Virus record (IMG/VR): IMGVR_UViG_3300047561_000337
Location: 1-40,579 of that record
Reading direction: 5' to 3' (one strand)
DNA length: 40,579 nt
DNA from: a virus
Taxonomy: Duplodnaviria; Caudoviricetes
Shown here piece after piece: positions 26,521 through 36,271 of the stretch; the first letter of the stretch is position 1; the number at the start of each line of letters is the position of its first letter. The translations under genes and the position numbers were made by a program. The notes under the pieces were generated by a model that saw only the letters and a program-made list of their open reading frames with translations, was not told the origin of the DNA and ran no database searches.

Positions 26521-26904
26521 ATTAAAAATTCAGATTTTGATTTAGACTATCGCAATGGTGTACAAGGAGAGAACCTTGTTAACACCTTGCTTACTGGTGG
26601 TAGAACAGTAGAAGTTAAGACAGATTTTAAATGGGTTAACACTGGCAATCTATATATAGAGACAGAATGTTGGTATGTATCTACTAATAGTTGGCAAGCA
26701 TCAGGTCTATCAGTAACCAAGGCAGAGTACTGGGCATTTGTATTAGCTGACTCTGTTCTCATGGTGCCTACCAAGCTACTGCGCCTAGCCGTAGAGATAG
26801 AGGGACATCCAATTAGCTGTCAGATACCACCTAACCAGAGCCGTGGCTACCTAATTAAACCCGAGTTATTACTCCAGACAAACAGAAAAAACCCCCAGTC
26901 CTAG
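26521..26904 (+). CDS. PD-(D/E)XK nuclease-like protein (start uncertain)
   Basis: FDLDY..G..GE..VEVKTD..TGNLYIE..SGLSVTKAEYWAF; the frame is open upstream of TTG 26587 but has no ATG/GTG. Confidence 0.6.
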   Translation: MKNSDFDLDYRNGVQGENLVNTLLTGGRTVEVKTDFKWVNTGNLYIETECWYVSTNSWQASGLSVTKAEYWAFVLADSVLMVPTKLLRLAVEIEGHPISCQIPPNQSRGYLIKPELLLQTNRKNPQS

Positions 26905-26929
26905 GGGTAAGCCTAAGTCCGGGGGTTCT
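26886..26929 (-). terminator. Rho-independent terminator at the convergence of the two arms
   Basis: Minus strand AACCCCCGGACTTAGG..CCTAGGACTGGGGG followed by TTTTTT; a second hairpin lies at ~26935-26964. Confidence 0.75.
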
Positions 26930-26972
26930 CGTGTCTCTGATGGGCCTTTAAAGCCCGATTAGAGGTATGTAA

Positions 26973-27164
26973 TTAGTTACTACCACGACCAAATTCTGTG
27001 GCTGAGGAATCCAAAGCCTTAAGAAGAGGTCCTGCTACTGCTGCAACTCCTGCTGTTGCTAATGCCTTCAGGTCTGTATTACCAGCAAGGTATAGAGCAA
27101 GCACTGCAGCGAAAGCTGCACGAGCATAAGAGATTACAATTGCTTTTAGTTTAGCTGTATTCAT
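26973..27164 (-). CDS. Putative holin
   Basis: 63 aa, two hydrophobic segments, directly after the endolysin. Confidence 0.65.
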   Translation of the reverse strand: MNTAKLKAIVISYARAAFAAVLALYLAGNTDLKALATAGVAAVAGPLLKALDSSATEFGRGSN

Positions 27165-27173
27165 TATTGTCCT

Positions 27174-27629
27174 TTAAGGGCGAGCAACGCCCATTACTAG
27201 GGAGTAGGCACGTTTCTTTAGATACACACCATCTCCGTTTGACTGACTGCCCTTAGCGTCCCCTGAGGTATTACCCTCATAGACCATAAGGTATTTCTTT
27301 CCATCGTTGCTAGCACATATGCCGACATGGTCAGCCTGTGCATCTGCATCGAACTGAAAGAAAACAATGTCCCCAGCCTGAGCCTTACCTACTGGCACAG
27401 TCTTATTGTTTTTAATAAACCATTTAAGTCCTGCATCACAAGAAGCAAATCCCTTTTTAGTTTGGGCTGCTATCTTAGATACTAATCCTGCTTGGTCATA
27501 ACACCAAGATACAAACATTGCACACCAAGGGTTGTTGTTTAACCCATACCACTTGCCGTACATGCTGTCATTGTTACTGCCCACTTCTTGGTATCCAAGT
27601 TGTGACTTAGCTATATCTACTACACTCAT
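27174..27629 (-). CDS. CHAP-domain endolysin
   Basis: PWCAMFVSW, GDIVFF, HVGI and EGNT; start moved to ATG 27629 (TAATG). Confidence 0.88.
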   Translation of the reverse strand: MSVVDIAKSQLGYQEVGSNNDSMYGKWYGLNNNPWCAMFVSWCYDQAGLVSKIAAQTKKGFASCDAGLKWFIKNNKTVPVGKAQAGDIVFFQFDADAQADHVGICASNDGKKYLMVYEGNTSGDAKGSQSNGDGVYLKKRAYSLVMGVARP

Positions 27630-28210
27630 TATTTTTTCCTTATCCATACTTGCCATCCCTTACGGAATATTTCTATTTCATTCTCGTGCTTTGCTAACCA
27701 CGCATCTATTGCTGGCTTAGGGTTTTTATCCGTACCATCTGGATGGTCCCACTCGTAGTCATCAAAGGCTAGTATGCCACCGGACTTGAGTAAGTCCCAT
27801 GATAGGTCAGCATCTAAAGTAACTGACTCTGGTAGGTGGTCACCATCAATATAGATAAAGTCATACTTAACATCTCTATGTTCTTTTAACCACTCACCAC
27901 TAAATGCTTTATGTGATGCTACCTTTTTAGCATAAGGCTTCATCTGTTCTTTATAAGCTTCTTGTATATCATCCCAGTCATAGACTGATTCATGGGATAG
28001 GTTGCCACACCAAGGGTCAATGTCTACTAGTAATGATGATGGGTCTGTAAGTACATTCTCAAGTAACCAGACAGATGCGTTGCCAGTAAAGACACCTATC
28101 TGTAGGAACTTAAGGTTCTTCTTACCTTTGAGTTCTAGTAATCCATTCTCAAAATCATGGACAGTAGCGTTATCATAAAACCATTTAGGGAAGTTGTCTG
28201 CCTTACTCAT
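27629..28210 (-). CDS. Class I SAM-dependent methyltransferase (Methyltransf_24-like)
   Basis: LQIGVFTG, IDPW, YDFIYIDGDH and LLKSGGILAFDDY. Confidence 0.88.
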   Translation of the reverse strand: MSKADNFPKWFYDNATVHDFENGLLELKGKKNLKFLQIGVFTGNASVWLLENVLTDPSSLLVDIDPWCGNLSHESVYDWDDIQEAYKEQMKPYAKKVASHKAFSGEWLKEHRDVKYDFIYIDGDHLPESVTLDADLSWDLLKSGGILAFDDYEWDHPDGTDKNPKPAIDAWLAKHENEIEIFRKGWQVWIRKK

Positions 28211-28370
28211 CGTTAGAGTTCCGCAATGGGTAGGTAATTGCCCAGACTACAAGAGTCAGTATGATTGCATAACCAACCACTGTCTTAGCTGAACCAGTTA
28301 ATACAACCCATGCAATAAACATACCTAGTAAAGTCCATAGTTGCTGGACCATATCTTTTAATACGCTCAA
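28203..28370 (-). CDS. Small two-TM membrane protein (55 aa)
   Basis: GGAG RBS, TTG overlapping the upstream TGA; QLWTLLGMFIAWVVLTGSAKTVVGYAIILTLVVWAIT. Confidence 0.7.
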   Translation of the reverse strand: MSVLKDMVQQLWTLLGMFIAWVVLTGSAKTVVGYAIILTLVVWAITYPLRNSNDE

Positions 28371-29497
28371 GGTTTTCTCCTTCTTAGTAATTTAATATTC
28401 TCATTTGATGGTGCACTGGAACCTCCACCTGTAGGGGTGGTTGTTCTTGTAGCAGTGGCTGCGCCTACTGCATTGATAGCAGCTTGACCAGCAATAACGG
28501 ATGCAATGATTGTTTGCTCTGATGTTGTTCTTTCTTCATCAGACATATCTGCACCAATGTTTGATATAGCAGTAAGTACTTGTGCTGGATTCTCAAAGAT
28601 TGCTGAGATTAACTGTGCTGGATTTTCTAATAGTTGCAGAGCTACTACCGTGCCAGCCTCAAGCACTACACCATTGTCTAGTTGAACTGGTGTTTCAGGT
28701 GCTAAGGTTTCTAAATCTACTTCATCTGCTTGTACAACTTCTTCAACAGGTGGTTCCTCAACTGGTACTGGTGCTTCTTCTACCACATCAGGAGGTTCCT
28801 CAGCCTCTACGGGAGGCTCTTCTACTTCAACAGGCGGTTCTTCTATAACAACAGGTGGTTCTTCTACTACTACTGGAGGCTCGGGCTCCATAGCAGGAGG
28901 AGGTATAACAATTGCAGGAGGCTCAGGTGCCACAACGGGAGGTTCAGGAGCGGGAGTAGGAGCAACTGGTGTACTTGTATCTACCGTTGCAGTAGTGCCA
29001 TCAACTGATGCCGTGCTTGTATCTATCACCACAGTAGTTGTATCTATTGGTGGTGGAATTAAATTACTACTTAAGGTATAAGTTCCTATTGCATACCGAC
29101 TAGCAACTACATAGTCATATGAGGTAGCACGAATTGTATAGGTATCAGCTGTTAGTGTTCCACTAATTGCAGATGCATACCAGTTATTTAAAGAATGGTT
29201 ACTATCATCATCAGCTCGTATAGCATTAACCGTTGTGCTGTCAGCAACGCCACGGTATAACCATAGCCAGGAATCTACCCAAGCTACACGTTCTACTGTG
29301 CGAGAATCAACCACCTCAAACCTAGGTCCAGTGGTTGTAGTAATAACATAAGCTGTTGTTGTATCTACACTTACTACTACATCTACATAAGCAGTTGTAG
29401 CATCAAGGTTAATAATTATATCTTCTGCACTAGCTGGTGTTGGTATAAAGAGTAAGCTAATCCCTATTACTAAGAAGCAGATAAATTTGGTCAACAC
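28367..29497 (-). CDS. Secreted/surface protein with beta-sandwich domain and Pro/Glu/Val-rich stalk
   Basis: Signal peptide ending ASA, DSWLWLY..ADDDS..YTIRAT domain, EEPPV repeats. Confidence 0.7.
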   Translation of the reverse strand: MLTKFICFLVIGISLLFIPTPASAEDIIINLDATTAYVDVVVSVDTTTAYVITTTTGPRFEVVDSRTVERVAWVDSWLWLYRGVADSTTVNAIRADDDSNHSLNNWYASAISGTLTADTYTIRATSYDYVVASRYAIGTYTLSSNLIPPPIDTTTVVIDTSTASVDGTTATVDTSTPVAPTPAPEPPVVAPEPPAIVIPPPAMEPEPPVVVEEPPVVIEEPPVEVEEPPVEAEEPPDVVEEAPVPVEEPPVEEVVQADEVDLETLAPETPVQLDNGVVLEAGTVVALQLLENPAQLISAIFENPAQVLTAISNIGADMSDEERTTSEQTIIASVIAGQAAINAVGAATATRTTTPTGGGSSAPSNENIKLLRRRKP

Positions 29498-29654
29498 GGG
29501 CCTCGAGTCTATTCACTTGGTCTTTCACTGAACTGCCCCCGTTTGGTTTTAATTCTTCAAGATAATGTTTAACTAACCATCTAATTGAACCAGCAAAGCT
29601 GGCTACAATAGTTGTTACTGCAATGGCTATACCAGCCCACTCACTACTACTCAT
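29457..29654 (-). CDS. Single-TM lysis-region membrane protein
   Basis: N-terminal TM, PNGGSSVKD motif, coiled coil. Confidence 0.7.
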   Translation of the reverse strand: MSSSEWAGIAIAVTTIVASFAGSIRWLVKHYLEELKPNGGSSVKDQVNRLEARVDQIYLLLSNRD

Positions 29655-31606
29655 TATACTGTCCTAATCATAATCTCTATGACTCCTCCAAACCCATCAA
29701 AGGTTCTATCAGGTGGTGTCATACGTGTGAATGAAATTTGTTCTATCACTGCTTGTTGTAACTCACCAGTGGTTAGGTCTTGCCAGCTAAGTACATCTCC
29801 AGATTTTTCTAATGCTTCTAGCGTAGCAATACGCTCAGATGCTCTACCCGAATAACCTACGACTGTGTTGTATCTATCTGTTTCTATATCAAAACAATAA
29901 ACAGGAAACTTAATTAACCTTACACGAGGTGTAGCAATAGTTGCCTTAGCTTGGAACCCTTTAAAGGTAGGACCAGTTGAGGTAGTAGTACCATCACGGG
30001 TCAATGTAAATTTATATGCTAGAAATTCTTGAGCAGTCTCAGGTTGAAGAGTGGTTATTTCTACCGGACTAACACCAGTATCGTAGACAACATGGTCATA
30101 CTCAACATCTTCACCTAGAGTATTACTAGCTACACTTGATAGAGTCATAGACCCAGCTTTGAATATACCACGTCCTATTAAACGTTTAAAGTTTTTAGGC
30201 TCTAATGTTCCATAGCGGATTTTACCAGTCTTGATATAGCCACTTGATATTAAAGTAGATGCAGATTGAATAGCAATACCGTTGCTACCTGATGTAGTAA
30301 ATGCTAGTTGATTTGAAGTACCAATAAAGTCTACGCTAGTAGCGTAACCAGATACCCCATCAAGGTATGTATCGGTAGCATAGGCAAAACGTAATGTCTC
30401 AAGCTCGTTACCTAGGTCAATTCTGTATAGTCCAGGGCAACCATTGATAGAACCAGTTGCGTAAATAAATCTATCTCTAAATGCAAAGTCTAGTCCTGTG
30501 TTGTCTGCTTCAATAATTAATGGACCATAGCTTAGGTCGCCATTGGTATCTGATATAGAAGCTACTCGTACACCCTTGTTAGTACCAATTACTAGGTAAC
30601 CTAAATAGGATTCAATTTTAAGTGGGTACTCACCGCTAGGTAATTGTGCTGCAACAATACCTGAGGTAAGGGTTGGCATAACGCCAGCAGTAGATAAAAT
30701 AAATTTGTAGATAGCACCACTAGTACCAGCATAACCAGCAGCATAGATGGCAGAGCCACCTTCTGATATGGATGTCCAAGTCCAACCAGAGTTAGGATGA
30801 GTATAAGCAGCAGTAGGCAATGTATGAGCTGAGCCTTTAGCAGCAGTTAATTCATAAATAGATGTACCAATACCAGCAACAAGACGTTGTTTAACCCAAC
30901 CCAGTACTATCTTTTCCTCACCAGTATTATAAAATTCTGTATACCCAGCGGTAGGTGTACTGATAGGACCTGTATATATATGGTCATTATCTGCAATGAA
31001 TAAGTTAGTTCCATCGGTTGCAATAGCAAGGGTAGCTGTATCTAAACCAGCAGTAACTGGATGTGTATAAGTAACAGCAGTACCATCAGCAGTGTAGTTC
31101 TTAATAGTTGTATTTGCTGGAGTCCAGCCAAGTATCTTGTCTGTTCCATTATCCATTATAGATATAGCTTTATATATACCTGTGCTTACTGCGGTGTTAG
31201 TGCTTTCTTTAAGTAAAGTAACCTGTCCTTTAGTCCAGACATCTACACCTAATGAGTCAGCAAACCTATGCGCTGTTGTCTCACCAGCAGATGGGTCATA
31301 GAACTTAATGCCTGTGCCATTATGAAATGATGATTGACTTCTAATCCACCAGCCGGTGAGTGACTGCTCACCTGGCTCATTGTTATTATCAAACTGTTCT
31401 TTTCTAAATGGAGCTGTCTGTCTAGTATATGGTCGTGCATCTGAAAGAGCATAGATAAATGGCATGCCACCTATGGCTACATCATAAGCTATATCTGTAT
31501 TTGTCCAGACGGAGCTGTTTGAGTTAATACCGATATCAACGGCAATGGCATATCCAACGTTAGCTGTTGAACTACCTCGTCCTTCGGTTATATCACGACT
31601 GACCAC
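29654..31606 (-). CDS. Putative tail nozzle / tubular protein B-like protein
   Basis: 650 aa, beta-rich propeller-like, in the tail cluster. Confidence 0.55.
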   Translation of the reverse strand: MVSRDITEGRGSSTANVGYAIAVDIGINSNSSVWTNTDIAYDVAIGGMPFIYALSDARPYTRQTAPFRKEQFDNNNEPGEQSLTGWWIRSQSSFHNGTGIKFYDPSAGETTAHRFADSLGVDVWTKGQVTLLKESTNTAVSTGIYKAISIMDNGTDKILGWTPANTTIKNYTADGTAVTYTHPVTAGLDTATLAIATDGTNLFIADNDHIYTGPISTPTAGYTEFYNTGEEKIVLGWVKQRLVAGIGTSIYELTAAKGSAHTLPTAAYTHPNSGWTWTSISEGGSAIYAAGYAGTSGAIYKFILSTAGVMPTLTSGIVAAQLPSGEYPLKIESYLGYLVIGTNKGVRVASISDTNGDLSYGPLIIEADNTGLDFAFRDRFIYATGSINGCPGLYRIDLGNELETLRFAYATDTYLDGVSGYATSVDFIGTSNQLAFTTSGSNGIAIQSASTLISSGYIKTGKIRYGTLEPKNFKRLIGRGIFKAGSMTLSSVASNTLGEDVEYDHVVYDTGVSPVEITTLQPETAQEFLAYKFTLTRDGTTTSTGPTFKGFQAKATIATPRVRLIKFPVYCFDIETDRYNTVVGYSGRASERIATLEALEKSGDVLSWQDLTTGELQQAVIEQISFTRMTPPDRTFDGFGGVIEIMIRTV

Positions 31607-31632
31607 AGTGCTCCTTTAAATAGTTACGGGTA

Positions 31633-31851
31633 TTACAGTGCTGCGATTTCGTCTGCAGTTAGTCCTAGTGCTGCTAGTTTAGCCTGAGCACTTGCTTTAG
31701 CCGTAGCCTTCTCTGCTGCTGCTGCATCTTCTACTGCTTGTTGAGCAGCGAATGCTGCTATATCTGATTCCATTTGAGCAATCTCTTTAGCAGTTAATTC
31801 TACTTCAGTAGTCTCATTTGTAGAACAATCTACAATTATTTTAGTTGGCAT
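31633..31851 (-). CDS. Tail-fibre-associated small protein (possible chaperone)
   Basis: AAGGAG RBS; EVELT..KLAALGLTADEIAAL; follows the fibre cassette. Confidence 0.6.
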   Translation of the reverse strand: MPTKIIVDCSTNETTEVELTAKEIAQMESDIAAFAAQQAVEDAAAAEKATAKASAQAKLAALGLTADEIAAL

Positions 31852-31869
31852 TATTTTCTCCTTAGTTAG

Positions 31870-32382
31870 TTATGTGTTTTTGATTCCGTATAAGTAAAAT
31901 GTAGAACCTGACATTATGTTATAGTTTGCTGCAGTAAAAGTAAATGAAGTAACTGGGCCTGTTACGTTTCCAGTTATTGCAACTTGCCAGCCAGTACCTA
32001 TTTTAGCGGCGGTAACATCAGCCCTAATTATTTTTTGAACAGATGATGTATAATTAGGAATGTATAAATCACCGTGTGAAAACATATTTCCAGTATCTGA
32101 GTTAACCGTTAATCCAAGTGGAAAGTTTCCACCATAACCATTGTTATCTTGAGTTCCCCCACCGTTACTACCATTAACGGCAGTAATAAATCTAGTGTTA
32201 TAACTACCACTTGGTGTTCCATTTATATACCACCAAAATCTTCGGTCAGCATTAGTTCTATCTGACCTAGCAGTCCAAACAATTTTTAAATCATCATAAG
32301 TTTGAGGTATGCTAGAAAATGTAACTTCTGCTGCACCAGCACCTGCTGCTGATGCAATAAGCGTAGGACCTTTTACTGCCAT
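31870..32382 (-). CDS. Tail fibre/adhesin-like paralogue 4
   Basis: Start moved to ATG 32382; TFSSIPQTYDDLKI ... FYLYGIK. Confidence 0.7.
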   Translation of the reverse strand: MAVKGPTLIASAAGAGAAEVTFSSIPQTYDDLKIVWTARSDRTNADRRFWWYINGTPSGSYNTRFITAVNGSNGGGTQDNNGYGGNFPLGLTVNSDTGNMFSHGDLYIPNYTSSVQKIIRADVTAAKIGTGWQVAITGNVTGPVTSFTFTAANYNIMSGSTFYLYGIKNT

Positions 32383-32384
32383 AG

Positions 32385-32879
32385 TTATGCCGCCTTTATT
32401 CCGTAGAGTTGAAAAGTAGTTCCACTGCCAAAACCAGTACCAGCAGTTGTAAAAGTAAGCGAAGATATTGCTTCTGTAGTTTGACATAAACCAAGATAAG
32501 CAGTTACGTCTGAATCCCAACAATAATATTTAGAAAATTGTGTTTTCCATTTATCAGTATCTGTATAACCTAGAAAATCTATAGTTGTTGTAGCAAAATT
32601 TAAAGTATTTGCTGGAGTGTTAGAATTAATAAAATAAGAACCAGTTGAAATTCTACCGCTATAAATACTAGTACTGCCACCTAAATATGTAATACTATAA
32701 CCACTAGTTACGCTATTAATTTGAGTTCTTATATTAACAGTGTTTGTATCTGCACTTCTATGTAGCATATGTACAACTAAATCTGTATATGCTTGAGAAA
32801 TAGAGGTAAAACTTATTGATGATTGACTTGAAGATAATGTAGTAGTTGCTATACATTCGTATACTGGTCCTGTTGCCAT
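32385..32879 (-). CDS. Tail fibre/adhesin-like paralogue 3
   Basis: SFTSISQAYTDLVV ... FQLYGIK. Confidence 0.7.
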   Translation of the reverse strand: MATGPVYECIATTTLSSSQSSISFTSISQAYTDLVVHMLHRSADTNTVNIRTQINSVTSGYSITYLGGSTSIYSGRISTGSYFINSNTPANTLNFATTTIDFLGYTDTDKWKTQFSKYYCWDSDVTAYLGLCQTTEAISSLTFTTAGTGFGSGTTFQLYGIKAA

Positions 32880-32882
32880 TGA

Positions 32883-33719
32883 TTAACCTTTCAATCCGTA
32901 TAGTGCAAATCTGCTTCCAGCAACAAAGTTAGTGCCACTTTGCTTAGAAAGTGAAACGCTGGTAATAACAGCAGTGTTATTCCAAGTTCCAGAGTGTTGT
33001 GTCATATATCCATTAGTGCCAAAATCAATACCAGTAAATGCTTTTGTAGCTTTTAATTTACCAGATACGCTATAATCAACTATATCTATTATAGCAAATC
33101 CAAATACATTAGCGTTATTGGTATTGCCTCCTATTGTTCCAGTAAATAATGGCTGGTCTGGGTCAGCCGTAGCAGAAGAGGGAGTTCCAAAATCGCTAGT
33201 AAATTGATGACGAGAATATGCATTTGAAGTATCTCCATTAAAATAAATTTGTAAATTGTCATATCCACCAGCAACATCAGTTCTTCCTAATATTCTAACT
33301 TGAAGATGTTTGAATGTTGCTGGGATAGAACTGAATGTAATGGTTGCTTGTGATGATGTAAGTGCGTATGTTCCAATAGATTCCATACTACTTGAAAATG
33401 GTGTTAATGGAGTAACGCTATTAGAAGCAGCACTTGAAGCAGAGTTTCCACTTGGGTTTCTACTTAAAACAGTAAATGTATAAGGAGTGCCATCTGTAAG
33501 ACCTGATACAGTAACTGGACTAGATGCAGCAGTTCCAGTTATAGAGCCAGGATTAGATGTGGCTAAGTAAGAAAATATTGGTCCACCTTGACCAGATGAA
33601 TCAGCAGTAAAAGCAATAGATGCAGATGCCGCACCAGCAGTAGCAGTACCTATGGTAGGTGCATTTGTAGGTATATCTAATATCTTACCTTTAATTTTAG
33701 AGACACGACCTGATGCCAT
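32883..33719 (-). CDS. Tail fibre/adhesin-like paralogue 2 with N-terminal fibronectin type III domain
   Basis: VTVSGLTDGTPYTFTV FN3 motif; TFSSIPATFKHLQV ... FALYGLK. Confidence 0.72.
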   Translation of the reverse strand: MASGRVSKIKGKILDIPTNAPTIGTATAGAASASIAFTADSSGQGGPIFSYLATSNPGSITGTAASSPVTVSGLTDGTPYTFTVLSRNPSGNSASSAASNSVTPLTPFSSSMESIGTYALTSSQATITFSSIPATFKHLQVRILGRTDVAGGYDNLQIYFNGDTSNAYSRHQFTSDFGTPSSATADPDQPLFTGTIGGNTNNANVFGFAIIDIVDYSVSGKLKATKAFTGIDFGTNGYMTQHSGTWNNTAVITSVSLSKQSGTNFVAGSRFALYGLKG

Positions 33720-33722
33720 AGT

Positions 33723-34220
33723 TTAACCCGCTATTCCGTATAGTTTCATTGAGCCTGCTGTAAATGTTCCACTACCACCTGCAGTAATTACTATAGATGT
33801 AATTGGAGAAATACTGGTCCAACCACCTCTTACAACTACATTCCAATTATTTTCTGTAGAATCAAGAAATAAACCATCTACAAATTTAGGTGCTCCATTA
33901 TTAACATTTTTAATTGAAAGATAACCATTAACTGTAGTTCTAAAGTCATCCCAACTTAGTTTAATGCGGTCTCTTTTATTTCTTTTTGCATCGCCAGCCT
34001 CTAGTAATATAATACCACCAAAATAATTATTTCCAGTATCTGAATTAAATTGTAAAAAAGCCTGACCATTTGTATCTTGAGATACATTTTCCCAAGCAAT
34101 TATATATTCTTTGTATCCAGTTAGACCAGAAAAAGTAGATGTAGTACCACTAGTTGTAGTATTAGTCTGGATTAATTGCCAGGTGTCTTGGTCTATCGCA
34201 CTTACTGAACCTGTTGCCAT
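33723..34220 (-). CDS. Tail fibre/adhesin-like paralogue 1
   Basis: TFSGLTGYKEYII ... MKLYGIA. Confidence 0.7.
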   Translation of the reverse strand: MATGSVSAIDQDTWQLIQTNTTTSGTTSTFSGLTGYKEYIIAWENVSQDTNGQAFLQFNSDTGNNYFGGIILLEAGDAKRNKRDRIKLSWDDFRTTVNGYLSIKNVNNGAPKFVDGLFLDSTENNWNVVVRGGWTSISPITSIVITAGGSGTFTAGSMKLYGIAG

Positions 34221-34549
34221 TATGCAATCTCGCTTCCAAATGCGTTGAAGGATAGTGTTGCAGATGAAGCATATACTGTAACCACATCTGTAGTTGCTAG
34301 GGTTAAACCTAGCGTTAAGGTTGTTGTATCAGAGGCTGCGACTGTTGCACCATAAACAATATAGTTTTTGGCTTCTAGTGTTGCTCCCGCTGGTCGTACA
34401 GCAATACGATATGTAGCAGCAGATGATGCTTGATTACATACTGTAATTGTTGATACTACAGTTGAGGTGCTTCCTGGTACTGTGTATAGAGTTGTTGCTG
34501 TTGTTGCCGATGGGTTTGATTGCCCAAGGACCTTATATGTTGTTGCCAT
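34220..34549 (-). CDS. Small beta-rich virion protein (109 aa)
   Basis: AAGGAG RBS; YKVLGQ..LYTVP..SFNAFGSEI. Confidence 0.7.
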   Translation of the reverse strand: MATTYKVLGQSNPSATTATTLYTVPGSTSTVVSTITVCNQASSAATYRIAVRPAGATLEAKNYIVYGATVAASDTTTLTLGLTLATTDVVTVYASSATLSFNAFGSEIA

Positions 34550-34564
34550 TATTTTTCTCCTTAG

Positions 34565-36259
34565 TTACATTCCACCGAGCATAAAGACGGTTGGTGTTGG
34601 GTCTGCAGCGATTGCACCCCAAGATGAGGTAGTTCCATCTGTTGTTAAATACTTGCCAGAGTTGCCAGTCTGACTTGGTACTACATATACAGTTGAATCT
34701 GTAGCAACCAAAGTCTTGTTAGACGGAATTATAGTTCCATTAACACTTGTGGCAGTAGCCACACCAAGCACTGGGGTAACAAGTGTTGGGCTAGTATCTA
34801 CTACAAACTTAGTTCCAGTACCAGTCTGAGATGCAATAGATGTTACATTTCCAATAGATGTAATTGGTCCAGTAAGGTTAGATGGAGCAAGTATTACGTT
34901 GTCAATGTAGTATTTAGTTGCTGCATCTTGTGCAAGGGTTGGATTACCAAGACCTGTAATCTTATTAGTACCCATAGCAAGAGCACCACTCATTGTAGAG
35001 CCAGTCTTAAGAACTACCGTATCTGAAAAGTTGCTTGTGTTGTTAAGAGCAGTAGCAATTTCTGCAAGGGTATCAAGAGTAGTTGGGGCTCCATTAACAA
35101 GGTTAGATACTGCAGTTCCTACAAATGCTGTGCTTGCAATTTGAGTAGTACTTGTTCCAGCAGTAGCTGTAGGTGCTGTTGGAGTACCAGTGAAGGCTGG
35201 GCTTGCTAATCCAGCATATGTACTTGCTGCTGTAGTAGTAGCCAATTTAGAATCTAATTGAGTCTGGATAGAGGAAGTAACTCCATCTACATACCCAAGT
35301 TCAGTTGCAGATACTGTTGATGATGGAGCAATCTTTGTCCAAGCAATAGCAGCGGATGCATTAATATCTGCATCTACAATGCTATTTGTAAGGTTAGTTT
35401 TACCATATGCAATTTGAGCAGAGGTATTAATATCAGCATTAACAATGGTTCCATCAAGAATCATTGTGCTAGTTACACTGCCAGTATCACTTGTCTTAAC
35501 AAGAGTAGCACTTGTAGGAATAGTTGTACCATTGATAGATGTGGCTGTTGCTACACCTAATACTGGAGTTACAAGAGTCGGGCTAGTAGCAAATACATTT
35601 GAACCAGTTCCAGTCTCATCCGTAAGAGCAGCAAGAAGATTGGCACTAGATGGGGTTCCAAGGAATGTGGCTACGCCAGTTCCAAGTGCAGTAATACCAG
35701 TACCACCATTGGCTACTGGAAGAGTTCCAGTTACACCTGTAGTTAAAGGTAATCCAGTTGCATTTGTAAGCACAGCAGCAGATGGAGTACCAAGAGCTGG
35801 AGTTACCAAAGTTGGAGATGTTGCAAATACTAGAGACCCACTGCCAGTCTCATCAGATATTACACCAGCAAGTTGTGCTGAAGTTGTTGTTGCGTGTTGA
35901 GCAAGTGTTCCGTCAAGGTGAGTATTAGCTTCTTGTAAGTCACGACCAATAACCATGTGTCGCACTATTGCGCCAATGCTATGAAGGGAACCGGTGCCAG
36001 GTGTTGTACTATCTACACCTCTAGCAATGGTTATTGTGTAACCAGATACTGGGTTACCAGCACTAGATACTACATCTACAATTTCTTCAACAGCTGTATC
36101 CGGGTCAATGACTACTGTATAGGTTTCGTTAGCTGCTAATGTCTTTCCACCCATGAGTAAGGTTGGACTAGCAACGGTCATAGTAGTTGCAGTAGTAGAC
36201 GTTATCGCAGCAGATAATGTAGTCTGTTGAGCGCGGGACGAGTATTTTCTAGTTGTCAT
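34565..36259 (-). CDS. Tail fibre protein
   Basis: 564 aa, Thr/Gly/Ala-rich; repeated SPTLVTP units; [12 protein letters not shown] and LDTLAEIA fibre motifs. Confidence 0.8.
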   Translation of the reverse strand: MTTRKYSSRAQQTTLSAAITSTTATTMTVASPTLLMGGKTLAANETYTVVIDPDTAVEEIVDVVSSAGNPVSGYTITIARGVDSTTPGTGSLHSIGAIVRHMVIGRDLQEANTHLDGTLAQHATTTSAQLAGVISDETGSGSLVFATSPTLVTPALGTPSAAVLTNATGLPLTTGVTGTLPVANGGTGITALGTGVATFLGTPSSANLLAALTDETGTGSNVFATSPTLVTPVLGVATATSINGTTIPTSATLVKTSDTGSVTSTMILDGTIVNADINTSAQIAYGKTNLTNSIVDADINASAAIAWTKIAPSSTVSATELGYVDGVTSSIQTQLDSKLATTTAASTYAGLASPAFTGTPTAPTATAGTSTTQIASTAFVGTAVSNLVNGAPTTLDTLAEIATALNNTSNFSDTVVLKTGSTMSGALAMGTNKITGLGNPTLAQDAATKYYIDNVILAPSNLTGPITSIGNVTSIASQTGTGTKFVVDTSPTLVTPVLGVATATSVNGTIIPSNKTLVATDSTVYVVPSQTGNSGKYLTTDGTTSSWGAIAADPTPTVFMLGGM

Positions 36260-36271
36260 TTATGTTCCTAT

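Noticed and set aside
28730-28970. Tandem DNA repeat or CRISPR-like array
   Set aside because: Degenerate codon-level repeats encoding the EEPPV stalk, with no constant repeat and spacer pattern
31870-34220. Diversity-generating retroelement acting on the fibre paralogues
   Set aside because: No reverse transcriptase and no near-identical template/variable repeat pair differing at adenines
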